Source: Laetmonice hystrix (lineage: Eukaryota). Taken from it: a stretch of 64,000 nucleotides of DNA. Of this stretch, positions 14,301 to 26,779 are shown piece after piece. The stretch spans positions 4,714,001 to 4,778,000 of the forward strand of contig OZ249436.1 of assembly GCA_965235115.1 (NCBI GenBank), read 5' to 3'. Within the stretch, counting starts at the first letter, position 1. Every line of letters starts with the position of its first letter. The notes under the pieces are model-generated. The model did not search any database, was not told the DNA's origin, and saw nothing but the letters and a program-made list of their open reading frames with translations. Made by a program: the position numbers and the translations under genes.

Positions 14301-17134
14301 ATGCCGCTGGAGTTGTACATTTGGCCGACGAGTCCACCGTGTAAGGCCACGCTAATGGTGTGTCTGGCGGCTGGAGTCGATGTCAAAGTCAAAATGGTGA
14401 ACTTGCCACAGGGCGAGCATCGACGGGAGACCTTCACTAAAGTAAGTCAGCCGTTAAAAGCCGACTTTCGGCGTGAGACCTCCACTAAAGTAAGTCAGCC
14501 GTTAAAGGCCGACTCTCGACTCGAGACCTCCACTAAAGTAAGTCAGCCGTTAAAGGCCGACTCTCGGCTCGAGACCTTCACTAAAGTAAGTCAGCCGTTA
14601 AAGGCCGACTCTCGGCTCGAGACCTTCACTAAAGTAAGTCAGCCGTTAAAGGCCGACTCTCGGCTCGAGACCTCCACTAAAGTAAGTCAGCCGTTAAAGG
14701 CCGACTCTCGGCTCGAGACCTTCACTAAAGTAAGTCAGCCGTTAAAGGCCGACTCTCGGCTCGAGACCTTCACTAAAGTAAGTCAGCCGTTAAAGGCCGA
14801 CTCTCGGCTCGAGACCTCCACTAAAGTAAGTCAGCCGTTAAAGGCCGACTCTCGGCTCGAGACCTTCACTAAAGTAAGTCAGCCGTTAAAGGCCGACTCT
14901 CGGCTCGAGACCTTCACTAAAGTAAGTCAGCCGTTAAAGGCCGACTCTCGGCTCGAGACCTTCACTAAAGTAAGTCAGCCGTTAAAAGCCGACTTTCGGC
15001 GTGAGACCTCCACTAAAGTAACAGGGCTGTCCAAAGTTGAGGCTGCTTGGTGCTCAACACGCGTAAATCCGCGCACCAGAATTACCAACCGAGTAACAGG
15101 GAAAAACAGTTTTCCAATAACCAGAAATACTTGGTCGCCCACGTGGGCAAGTAAGTGTCGCCCAACAGAACATTTGCTCACCTAACTACTTTTGCTTTTT
15201 TCAACAATCATTCTGGGCCCATTTTTTGTGTCAGCTGTTCTAAAAATTATTATTTTATAAACTGAGCTGCTTGACAAATGATCAGGATGTAAACAAAAAT
15301 AGGTACATCGCCCATGATAACTTAAACACCACGAAATTTGGTGGAAAGTAAAGATCCATGGCCCTGACCTTATCCCTAACCCCTAACCCCAGTCCCTACA
15401 CCTGCCAAAAACATATCCCTATCCTATCCATATCCCTATCCCTGACCTTAACCCTAACCCCTGCCCAAACATTTCGTGGTAAGTTATCATGGGGGAAGAC
15501 CCCAAAAATATGTGTACACAAGAACGGCTGTTAGGTTTAAGGAATAAGGGCGCATCTAAGACACCGAGAGACAGAGAGTAAGATACATAGGCCTATATTC
15601 ATTTTTAAGTTTTGTCGCTCACTTTTTTTCTTGTCGCATTTGTGTCACTGTTGTCGCTCCATGGCGCGACATAGCGACAAATGGACAGCCCTGAGTAAGT
15701 CAGCCGTTAAAGGCCGATTCTCGGCTGGAGACCTTCACTAAAGTAAGTCAGCCGTTAAAGGCCGACTTTGGGCGGGAGACCTTTACCAAAGTAAGTCAAC
15801 CGTTAAAGGCCGACTTTGGGCGGGAGACCTTTACTAAAGTAAGTCAGCCGTTAAAGGCCGACTCTCGGCGGGAGACCTCCACTAAAGTAAGTCAGCCGTT
15901 AAAGGCCGACCTTGGGCGGGAGACCTTCACTAAAGTAAGTCAGCAACTAAAGGCCGACTCTAAATTTAAGTCATTCCATGGACTAACTTCAGGGGACGTT
16001 CTTGGAAATGCCATTCGTACTCATCTATGCATAAACTCACTTCTGTACGCTATATCGTGGCAGTAATATAATTATATTTGCTCCGACTTTTCAGATGAAT
16101 AATTTCCAGTGTGTTCCAGTGCTTGACGACAATGGTGTTTTCATACACGAAAGGTGCAGCAGTGTAAATTGTTTTCACCAATACTGAAAGGCGAACTCTG
16201 CAGATTGCATTGCGTCTGTCAGATTGACAATGAAGCCAAACAAGTGTATGCATTGCACAGCGTAACAACTTTTCTTTTATGACAATTTTCGTCACCATCT
16301 AGTTTATGGAGCCAAGGATATTTTGCACGCTAATGTATGTACATGCATTATATGGTAGAATTTACATGAATTTTAGCGCCGTAATTAATTCTCTTTTTTC
16401 GAGCATTGTGTGGTTAAATCGTTAAATAACATGACGTTTACACAGTAATCGTTTCACTTTTACAAGCCGGTCGATCATGCGTTACGTGGTGGATAAATAC
16501 AGCCGGGTGGACAAGTTATATCCATCAGATCCTCACCAGAGGGCGCGCGTGAATGCCGTCTTAGATTACGACTGTGGCACTGTATCTCCCACGGTCCAAT
16601 CATACGTGGTCTGTAGCTTTAGGCACACCAGCTGGGTTTATAAGTAGATCTATACAAAATTAGTTTGCAAATATTACTTTTGTATTTTGGGCTTACGTGT
16701 ATTGTGACTAAATATCATTCAGTACAATTGATTTCTCGTCTTTCCTATGGATTGATTTTGAATTGTATTCATTTTGTTTCTGCGAAATATCCTGTGAAAC
16801 ATTTTGTCCTGACTGAGACTGACTGCCTTGCCCTCGCCAGTGCCCGCAGGTATTCCAACACCAAGAAGAGGACCCCGTGTGGAGAGGACGGTTGTTACGG
16901 GTACTCGGTCTCCTGGAGTCCTCGCCGTCCTACTGGCAGGAGGACTACCTTACTGGACCTTCAGTCACTATCGCTGATCTCTCCTTGACTGCCACTCTCT
17001 CCTTCCTCGAGGTGATCCACTTCGATATCTCTCGCTTCCCACAGCTACAAACCTGGCACGGACGAATACGCAATCTGCCCTACTACTCCAGAGTACACGA
17101 AACGTGCCAAGGTTTTATGGTGAACAAGTCTTAA
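14301..17134 (+). CDS. Cytosolic glutathione S-transferase, theta/delta-like (catalytic Ser), 211 aa; exons 14301-14441, 16095-16153, 16467-16608, 16841-17134
   Basis: Spliced translation MPLELYIWPTSPPCKA...NLPQGEHRRETFTK|MNNFQCVPVLDDNGVFIHES|RSIMRYVVDKY...LYPSDPHQRARVNAVLDYD...|...YLTGPSVTIADLSL...FPQLQTWHGRI. It has Ser11-PPC, the cis-Pro VP, ES and the TIAD N-cap. All introns are GT-AG and phase-consistent; AATAAA near 17555. Confidence 0.92.
15022..15693. mobile_element. Non-autonomous DNA transposon with 12-bp TIRs and 5-bp TSD (hAT5-like)
   Basis: TIR cagggctgtcca / tggacagccctg; TSD agtaa at 15017-15021 and 15694-15698. The satellite resumes in register after it. Confidence 0.85.
15302..15502. 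mobile_element. Nested ~200-bp MITE with 8-bp TSD and CCCTAA-like interior
   Basis: Imperfect TIRs ggtacatcgcccatgataact / agttatcatgggggaagaccc with subterminal accacgaaat/atttcgtggt; caaaaata on both flanks. Confidence 0.65.
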
Positions 17135-17649
17135 TTACGGACAAGTAATTAAGGAGCCAATTTAATAGTCTCCGCAAATAGGTGAATACTGTATCGTGAT
17201 AATAATCACCTGCGGTGAGATTAGATCTTGTGTGGCCATGAATCAGCGACAGTACCTTTTGGTGGGCTTCAGTAAATAGGCCTGCTGGCGATGATAATGC
17301 TCTAATCTAAAAAAAAGTTAGATACAATCACCTTATGAATCCATTTAGAACAGTTTTGCCATCAGAGTATGGGTCGCCACTGGCACAGCTTATCCTCAAC
17401 TTCATTAAGCTAACTCCATACTCATATACTGAGTAGGTCTCATCCTGTCACCGGCTCACCACTACTGACCCGCAAACGTGGAAAGGATGTACTTTTTCCA
17501 AGTTCGCGCCTTCTTTCGCTATCCTGGATTCTGGATGTCTGTGGTAAACACTGAATAAAAAAGGGCAGGTATAGAGCTGGTGGTAAACAGAATGGATGAC
17601 ACGGAGGATAGGATCACAGTAAACAAGTACCAGAAAGTATTATAAAACT

Positions 17650-19660
17650 AACAAGCTTGTGAAGCTTATAGCCCCCACCACGAACTATGGATTCTTGAAA
17701 AAACGATGCACGACTTCAATTGATCTTTGAAGGGCAAAGGAAATATTGTCAAATGAAACTTTGTAAACTTAGTAAAGTTCTATGCAGTTGTACAGCTTGA
17801 TGGCGGTATCCGGCGTAAAGATGCATGTCTCTGCAATAACTATACAGTTATGTACAGTTTGATAGTGTTATCCGACATGAAGTGTTTTGTAGATATGCTT
17901 GACCTCGATTGACCTTTAGAGGTCAGTTATGTACAGTTTGATAGCGTTGTCTGGCGTGAACCAACTGAGTAGGGACAAATTATCTGTGGGTCCGGGGACT
18001 ATACGTACTTTTCGCACGCTTGTTGCCCCTCATGCATTCTGTCAGCAAGAACGAAATCCAGAAAATGGCAGAGTTATTGCTTCGAACTTCTTTAAATCCA
18101 AGATGGCCACCAAGCCATATATTTGGCCTGTGTCCTCCTTAGACTGTCCCTGGTTATTATGTAATGTTTCATGCAAGATTAGATGTTGTTATTTTCAACT
18201 GGTTTGGAGGTACAGGCCATTAAAATATGCGTGACCTTGATTGACCTTTCAAGGTCGCTCAAGGTCATGAAAAATGACGCCAAATGAAACTTCATATATG
18301 ACTTCCTATCTATCAATAATAATAACTGTTGCCTTATCTTGCACCGTTTTCGAGATATGAGCCAAAACAGTGTTATGGGGGGGGAGTAAAATATTAATAT
18401 GGCCGCCATGTCGCCATATTCGCTCTGATCTGGCAATACATTGGCATATACATTGCCCCTCATATACACCTTCTTTCCACCAAATTTGAAAGAAATCGGG
18501 ATCGTTTTGTCCGAGTTATTGCTCCAAATGTGTTTACATCCAAGATGGCCACCACGCGGCCATTTTGACCTGCCTCATCCGTGGACTGTCCCGGATCATG
18601 ATGTAATGTTTCATGCAAGATTATGTCGTTATCTTTAACTGTTTTGAAGATCCAGGCTATTGCAAATATGCATGACCTTGATTGACCTTTCAAGGTCGCT
18701 CAAGGTCATCGAAAATGGCGTCAAATGAAACGTCATATATGACTTCCTATCTGTCAATAATAATAACTATTGCCTTATCTTGCACCGTTTTCGAGATATG
18801 AGCCAAAACAGTGTTATGGGGGGGGGTAAAATATTAATATGGCCGCCATGTCGCCATATTTGCTCTGATCTGGCAATACATTGGCATATACATTGCCCCT
18901 CATATACACCTTCTGTCCGCCAAATTTGAAAGAAATCGGGATCGTTTTGTGTGAGTTATTACTCCAAATGTGGTTACATCTAAGATGGCCACAACGCGGC
19001 CATTTTGACTGATGTCAAAAATATCTTTGACCTGCCTCATCCGTGGACTGTCCCGGATCATTATGTAATGTTTCTTGCAACATTATGTCGTTATCTTTAA
19101 CTGTTTTGAAGATCCAGGCTATTGAAAATATGCATGACCTTGATTGACCTTTCAAGGTCGCTCAAGGTCATCGAAAATGGCGCCAAATGAAACGTCCTAT
19201 ATGACTTCCTATCTATCAATAATAGTAACTATTGCGTCATCTTGCACCGTTTTCGAGATATAAGCCAAAACAGTGTCATTGTGGGGGTCAAGAAACAAAT
19301 ATGGCCGCCATCTCGCCATTTTGGATCTGAATTGAAATTTTATTGTGATGCATATTGGCCCTCATTATGCCTCATCCCTGCACCATGTTTGAAAGAAATC
19401 GTGATTGTTTTGGCTGAGTTATTGCTCAAAATGTGTTTTCATCCAAAATGGCCGCCAAGCGGCCATTTTGAATGATATCAAAAATCTGTTTGACGTGCAT
19501 CATCCTCAGTTCATCCCTGATCCTTGTGTGAAGTTTCAAAGAAATCGACCCATACACTTCTGAGAAATCGCTGTCTACGGACATACGGACGGACGGACGG
19601 ACGGCCGTACGGACGGACGGACGGAGGTCGAATTATAAGCCCCCCGTTGTGGGGGCTAAT
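17650..19660 (+). mobile_element. Non-autonomous Helentron/HINE (DINE-1/pearl-like) element with internal ~450-bp tandem units
   Basis: Starts aacaagc...ttatagccccc. Internal units are marked by tgaccttgattgacctttcaaggtcgctcaaggtcat at ~18232, ~18673 and ~19135. There is a (GGAC)n microsatellite at 19578-19625 and a 3' hairpin agcccccc-gttgt-gggggct. Confidence 0.7.
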
Positions 19661-22010
19661 TACCTGCACGGGGCACCTTACTTAATAATCTAATCTAAAA
19701 TAATAATAATATGATGTGATTCCATTATCTGCTGGGGAAATCCACAATAAGCAACTCCGTGTAGGCGGTACGGTCCAATAAGGCGATTTTCCATAAAGCG
19801 TCTTTGCGATTTTTGCCACATTAGTTACTTCTATTGTTGTTCCCGGTTGAAAAATGAAACCTTATTCAGAATAAGGTGAGAATAGCAAATAAATACGCGC
19901 GGCAAAATGATCGTACAGGTTTGAGACCAAATTTGCAAACATCTTGAAATATAACCCCCCAACCTCACCCCCCCCCCCCCACCACCCGACCCCCCCCCCC
20001 CACACCACCCGACCCCCACCCCACACACACACCCACACACACACCCACACAACCTCCCCTCTCCACACACACCACACACACTTTCAAAACTCTTCCGCGG
20101 TCCCTGGTTTATAAGTCCCACAGCTTCATACTGAGGATGGTGGATCCTATTTTTATACTTCTATTACCTCCTCATTATATCTTTCCTTATCGATATGCTG
20201 TGCTGCCATATTTTTGTTCTTGTTTGGATCTAGATTTTCGCCGTTACTGCATGGTTAACCTCAATGTAGCAGTGAAATCAAGTGTGTTATCGCAACTCCA
20301 TGCCAGTGCTACCAATCGTTTCTCTCCCAGAGGATCTATTAGTTGTGACTAGACGTCGATCACGCCTAATGCACCGAGAGTTTTAGTGACGTCGCTCGAG
20401 CCTTCACATACATCCATCATAATGGTCAGGAACGTCTAGAATTCACTTTTTTTAAACAATATCAGTCATCCAAGCTCCCCAGTATAAGGCCTGCCGTATA
20501 CTGTAATTTGTGAGACATTGAACTATAGATATAGACTATATAGATTAGATAGCGAATGAAGACCAAAAAAGTGCGTAGAATCCAATTCCGAAACAGAAGC
20601 CAATCCTGAATTTAGAACGGAGGGGGCAAAAGGAAATCGTACAAAAGCACCCCCCCCCCCCAAAAAAGGGGGGGAGTGTATGAAAGAAAAGAGTATGAGA
20701 CTGATGATTTTAACAGATTCCGACCCCCTGGACCCCATCCTAGCCAGGTTTGGGTGTTAACTATATCAAGTCAGCATGGCTTTAGACCTTTATCCTCCCT
20801 ATAGCAGTGAAGTCACTTAATACACCAACATCGTAAACCATTCCGGCCTAAATTGTTTCATAAGTCTGATTCGATTGGATTATTCAATTCAATTGAAATT
20901 CTACCCACCCCACTCAACACACAGGGTTGTTAGCAGTGGGGGGGGGGGGGGGGTCGGGGGAGCTGTGAACCCCCCTCCCCCTCCCCCTCCCACCACCACC
21001 ACCACCAATCTGAAATCAAGTATAGATCTACAGCTTGAAAATTATCACTTCTGACATATCATTTCAGACCTTATTTTGTGCTCTAAAATGCACTAATGAC
21101 GACAAATTACCCCTCTCCCCCCGCTCAAGTGTGACCCCTCTTAAATATCCTGCGCACGGACCTGCACCACCCCACCCCACTCCACCCACACCGCATTGTA
21201 AAATTAGAAGGAAAGGGGGGAGAAAATTTGCCACTGGTCACCAACTGCTACATTACTCTCCGCTAATGCAGGTTGTTCGGGTTGGCAATAATAAATTGTT
21301 TTCAATGGGTGAGCCGTAAGGTGTCTGTGAGAGAATTAGTGGTTGACTGGCCTCTCTGTGAGACTTGGCTTAACGTTGACAAAACAGAACACTCACTTGG
21401 CTACGAAAATAATAGCGTGTGTAACGAGTTTCATGTCGGGTGAACTTTAGACACTACAAATTTTAAAATTTGTTTCATTTCGGGTGAATTTTAGGCATTA
21501 CAGATTTTAAAATGTTGCTTTGTTTCATGTCGGGTGAACTTTAGACACTACAAATTTTAAAATGTTGCCCCGGTTAGTACTGTGTCCCGAATATAGGCCT
21601 ATTCTATAATCCTTCTGGGACAGATTTAAAATCTTGAAACGCCCTGGAGGGTCTACCAAGAAAATCTTAAAAATGGGGGGGGGGGGGCATCAGGGAACGT
21701 CGAGAAAAAGGGGTCCGACAGCGATCACTTTGGGAAAGTCTATTAGAAGAAACTAGACCTTAAAAGGGGGCCGCACCCCCGCCAAGCACCCGCCTGAATT
21801 TTCAAGGACACCGTCTCATGTTTTACAGGACTTCATGTTTTACAGTGAGAAGTTTAGGGAGGCAAGGGCATATGATCCAAAAGGTTTTGAACAACTTTAA
21901 GCGCCTGATCGACTGAGGCTTGCGTGTGTTTGGTACACACAAGTAAAAACGTACCATGTACCGTGTCCCATGTGGCGATGCGTGGCGATCTACATTTTTT
22001 GATCGTGTAA

Positions 22011-22216
22011 TGCCTGGTGCACACTGCACGACATGCAGTATTGAGTTGCTATTTTTCCCGATTCCCGATTAAAGACTGACACGCGCACACTACATGACAG
22101 TTGTCCTGATTCACTGTTTAAATCGTATACGACTCCCGGTCGCCGACTCGAAACTCGTCGTAAAAGTTATCAGAAAGCTGATCCCCGACTGAAAACCGTG
22201 TAGTGTGCACCGGGCA
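22011..22216. mobile_element. Short MITE (~206 bp)
   Basis: TIRs tgcctggtgcacactgcacg / cgtgtagtgtgcaccgggca; TSD not clean. Confidence 0.6.
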
Positions 22217-22461
22217 CTTAAGATCAACAAATTATATAAAGTTACAATTTCGTTTATTTGATACGAAAAAACAATAATGACGTGTTTTATACATCATAAA
22301 TACATTTCAATACATGTAGATACTCTTCCATTTAGAGGGCAGGGCGTCAAGTTGGAAATATGGTTCCTGCTATCTACCAGTCCGTATATATGTGTAGCTG
22401 TGACTAGAGCAAGACGGCCAAACAAGTTTGCCACCGTTGTCGTGTAGACTCGACCTTCGAA

Positions 22462-22598
22462 AAAAACGGACTAGATTATAATGCTGATGGCGGGAAGTGA
22501 TGATAAAAAACGGACTAGATTATAATGCTGATGGTGGGAAGTGATGATAAAAAACGGACTAGATTATAATGCTGATGGCGGGAAGTGATGATAAAAAC
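22462..22598. repeat. ~45-bp tandem repeat x3
   Basis: Unit aaaaaacggactagattataatgctgatggcgggaagtgatgat. Confidence 0.9.
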
Positions 22599-22819
22599 GC
22601 TGTCTTTCCTATGTCACCGGTCTCAGCTGTGGATCAGGGTTTGGCAAGGTAGGGGGTAATTAAGCTTTCTAAATTACACCGGCCTTTTTTTTTAAATTAG
22701 ATTCATACATCGACCTCACAGACCCTAGTTATAGGGGAGAAAATGGGGGTCGCTACGTCCAGACAATTGTAGGCCCTCCCCCTCCCGATCTACTGCTGTC
22801 TTCTCTCTATCTCTGAGTC

Positions 22820-23945
22820 AGCTGTTCCAGGCCACATTCACGTCCCAACACCAACCACTGTCCCAGCCGACTCCACACCGTGTGCACACTGACCTCCTGG
22901 CACCGGGTTCTCCACCATGGTCACTCCTCCACACTCGGACTCCGCTGTTCTAGGCCACAGTCACGTTCCAACACCAACCACTGTCCCAACCGACTCCACA
23001 CCGTGTGGACACTGGCCTCCTGGCACCGGGTTCTCCACCATGGTCACTCCTCCACACTCGGACTCCGCTGTTCTAGGCCACAGTCACGTCCCAACACCAA
23101 TCACTGTCCCAACCGACTCCACACCGTGTGCACACTGACCTCCTGGCACCGGGTTCTCCACCATGGTCACTCCTCCACACTCGGACTCCGCTGTTCTAGG
23201 CCACAGTCACGTCCCAACACCAATCACTGTCCCAACCGACTCCACACCGACACCGTGTCCACACTGGCCTCCTGGCACCGGGTTCTCCACCATGGTCACT
23301 CCTCCAGACTCGGACTCCGCTGTTCTAGGCCACAGTCACGTCCCAACACCAACCACTGTCCCAACCGACTCCACACCGACACCGTGTCCACACTGGCCTC
23401 CTGGCACCGGGTTCTCCACCATGGTCACTCCTCCAGACTCGGACTCCGCTGTTCTAGGCCACAGTCACGTCCCAACACCAACCACTGTCCCAACCGACTC
23501 CACACCGACACCGTGTCCACACTGGCCTCCTGGCACCGGGTTCTCCACCATGGTCACTCCTCCAGACTCGGACTCCGCTGTTCCAGGCCACAGTCACGTC
23601 CCAACACCAATCACTGTCCCAACCGACTCCACACCGTGTGCACACTGACCTCCTGGCACCGGGTTCTCCACCATGGTCACTCCTCCACACTCGGACTCCG
23701 CTGTTCCAGGCCACAGTCACGTCCTAACACCAACCACTGTCCCAACCGACTCCACACCGTGTGCACACTGGCCTCCTGGCACCGGGTTCTCCACCATGGT
23801 CACTCCTCCAGACTCGGACTCCGCTGTTCCAGGCCACAGTCACGTCCCAACACCAATCACTGTCCCAACCGACTCCACACCGTGTGCACACTGGCCTCCT
23901 GGCACCGGGTTCTCCACCATGGTCACTCCTCCACACTCGGACTCT
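22820..23945. repeat. 123/129-bp minisatellite, ~9 copies, overlapping the end of the 24124-23840 exon
   Basis: Repeated ggcaccgggttctccaccatggtcactcctcca...; some units carry an extra 6 bp (gacacc). Confidence 0.95.
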
Positions 23946-24124
23946 TGATGTCTCCTCCTGTTACGAGCCTCTGTCTTCCTCCGGAGTAGCTCGGCCCATT
24001 TCTCCGGCCGGTAAAGTCGGAGTCGCTGCCGGTACCGCTGCATACTCTCCCGCTTCCGGCGTCTCTTCTCCTCCTCCAGCGTCTCGGGCGCCCTCTGTCC
24101 ACCGCCACACGAACTAGGCCACAT
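23840..24124 (-). CDS. Putative alternative terminal exon B of the 28785 gene; basic helical segment (94 aa)
   Basis: Acceptor ...ggtggtttcag|ATG in phase 0, matching the phase-0 donor at 28011. Encodes MWPSSCGGGQRAPETLEEEKRRRKRESMQRYRQRLRLYRPEKWAELLRRKTEARNRRRHQ...; minus-strand AATAAA at 22258-22253. Confidence 0.6.
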   Translation of the reverse strand: MWPSSCGGGQRAPETLEEEKRRRKRESMQRYRQRLRLYRPEKWAELLRRKTEARNRRRHQESECGGVTMVENPVPGGQCAHGVESVGTVIGVGT

Positions 24125-25038
24125 CTGAAACCACCGGTACGGGCGGATATGAGGGAAAAGACGGAACAACCATTAACTCGGCAGGGGTGCTAATGATTCC
24201 AACGGTAAAGGGATTCTCGGTAATTTTGAAAAATATCTCGAATAGCCAAGAAAAAAGTAACTCAAGCTCCAACATTCTAGTTATTTGTGTGAAAAAATGA
24301 AAGCAAAATTCCATTCTGGTTAACTGCTACCGACACGATTTGAACGTTTTAAGCTGTTCCACCCTAGGTTTTACGTCCCCGCGTCTGGTCCGGCTCACCC
24401 CCCCCCCCCTAACTTTATAAAAAGTGTATTGAGGAAATTTTAGGGATGAATCGGTCAATGAATGACCCGAATGTGATCTGCTAGCGTCCAGATGTGCCCA
24501 TGTTGACATCTATATCAATATTTGTATCTCCTATATCCCGACGGGGTTTGTTGTGAGAAATAAACGTAAACTTCACCCAACCCCGTAGGTGTATAGGGTT
24601 ACGTGGCCTGGAAGTGGTGACCACACCGAACCCTTGCTGACTATACTAACTGCCTCACAGCACGGCTCCATTCGTTAGATGCCGTCCAATACCGACTACT
24701 TCTACACCCCTGGCCATGGTAAAGTTCCGACCTTAGCACCGTCGTATCTGTTCCTTTCCCCTAATACACGTAGGCCTGTTCATGTACAGTATTTAACATT
24801 TGTTATGTGGGGCCGGTAAAATTCTCCGCCTTGCACACAGTTCCAGTGCACAGATCTGTACTATAGACATTGTATTTATTTTGTATTCAAACAACACTGC
24901 TCTGAAACCACGAAGGAGATGGGTACACGTTCGGTGAATGTTGGGTGAATACGGTTAATCAGACAGTGTTCACACCTGCGCACTTTTAACTCGCTCCTAG
25001 TTTGACCTCCTGGCAATCCTTGTATAATTCCCCGTGGG

Positions 25039-26204
25039 GACCGCCACCCTCCGGCCCTTCCAGCACCCAGGAACCTTCACTTTATCGGCGTGTCCTGTGG
25101 GTTATAGAGCAGACCGCCACCCTCCGGCCCTTCCAGCACCCAGGAACCTTCAGTTTATCGGCGTATCCTGTGGGTTATAGAGCAGACCGCCACCCTCCGA
25201 CCCTTCCAGCACCCAGGAACCTTCACTTTATCGGCGTGTCCTGTGGGTTATAGAGCAGACTGGCACCCTGCGGCCCTTCCAGCACCCAGGAACCTTCAGT
25301 TTATCGGCGTGTCCTGTGGGTTATAGAGCAGACCGCCACCCTCCGGCCCTTCCAGCACCCAGGAACCTTCACTTTATCGGCGTGTCCTGTGGGTTTTAGA
25401 GCAGACCGCCACCCTCCGGCCCTTCCAGCACCCAGGAACCTTCAGTTTTTCGGCGTGTCCTGTGGGTTATAGAGCAGACCGCCACCCTGCGGCCCTTCCA
25501 GCACCCAGGAACCTTCACTTTATCGGCGTGTCCTGTGGGTTATAGAGCAGACCGCCACCCTCCGGCCCTTCCAGCACCCAGGAACCTTCAGTTTTTCGGC
25601 GTGTCCTGTGGGTTATAGAGCAGACCGCCACCCTCCGGCCCTTCCAGCACCCAGGAACCTTCACTTTATCGGCGTGTCCTGTGGGTTATAGAGCAGACCG
25701 CCACCCTGCGGCCCTTCCAGCACCCAGGAACCTTCACTTTATCGGCGTGTCCTGTGGGTTATAGAGCAGACTGCCACCCTCCGGCCCTTCCAGCACCCAG
25801 GAACCTTCAGTTTTTCGGCGTGTCCTGTGGGTTATAGAGCAGACCGCCACCCTCCGGCCCTTCCAGCACCCAGGAACCTTCACTTTATCGGCGTGTCCTG
25901 TGGGTTATAGAGCAGACCGCCACCCTCCGGCCCTTCCAGCACCCAGGAACCTTCACTTTATCGGCGTGTCCTGTGGGTTATAGAGCAGACTGCCACCCTC
26001 CGGCCCTTCCAGCACCCAGGAACCTTCACTTTATCGGCGTGTCCTGTGGGTTATAGAGCAGACCGCCACCCTGCGGCCCTTCCAGCACCCAGGAACCTTC
26101 ACTTTATCGGCGTGTCCTGTGGGTTATAGAGCAGACTGCCACCCTCCGGCCCTTCCAGCACCCAGGAACCTTCACTTTATCGGCGTGTCCTATGGGTTAT
26201 AGAG
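25039..26204. repeat. 73-bp minisatellite, 16 copies
   Basis: Unit gaccgccaccctccggcccttccagcacccaggaaccttcactttatcggcgtgtcctgtgggttatagagca; period 73 (25039 vs 25112). Confidence 0.95.
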
Positions 26205-26779
26205 CTGGTGCGATGGCAGTACATGTAAATGAATTCCTCCGTTAATCAAGGTTTCCGCAAACTGTGACCGCTCAAATTAAAAATGGCTAATCTTGATCTT
26301 AGACAAAAGCCGTAGTAAAATCTTTGCTTCCAATTCGAACTGAACCCAGGAATAATGTTTCCGATGCCTGTCGGGTTTTATTCCACTCCCTGAATTAACA
26401 AACGTTTTTGACAGCATCCACTGTACTAGGCGATACTCATGAAAGACACTAACCTACAAAGGCTACGATTTTCAAAATCACCCCCAAAGCCAAGCGAATT
26501 TTAGATCTATAACAAAAGAAAAATTAATGCCAGATGATCCAATCTTCTTTATTGTTTTACATCATTAGCATGTGAGGCAGAATGGGTATTTTAAGTAAAC
26601 ACTTGAAATTTTCGTTTATATTAAACAATAGCTGCGCAATGAGTTTCATTAGAAAGATGAGTTGTACCAAGAGGACAAGATTTTAACTGTGACAATAAGA
26701 TGTCCTCGGAGAACCCCCTCCCGTGACCTCCTGGACACAAACAGTGACCGACTCATGGTGACACAGATCTTTATCATTA

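Larger units (their letters stand above)
14426..15961 (+). repeat. 48-bp minisatellite made of GST exon-1 end plus 5' splice site, ~18 units, interrupted by a MITE
   Basis: Unit gagaccttcactaaa|GTAAGTcagccgttaaaggccgactctcggctc. GT recurs at 14442, 14490 ... 15018, then 15695, 15743 ... 15935. Confidence 0.95.

Noticed and set aside
15362..15465. Telomere-like CCCTAA repeats
   Set aside because: Few, degenerate and internal to a small MITE.
22880..23989. Plus-strand mucin-like ORFs in the 123-bp array
   Set aside because: They are interrupted by stops and lack a start or splice context; the minus-strand exon explains the unique flank better.
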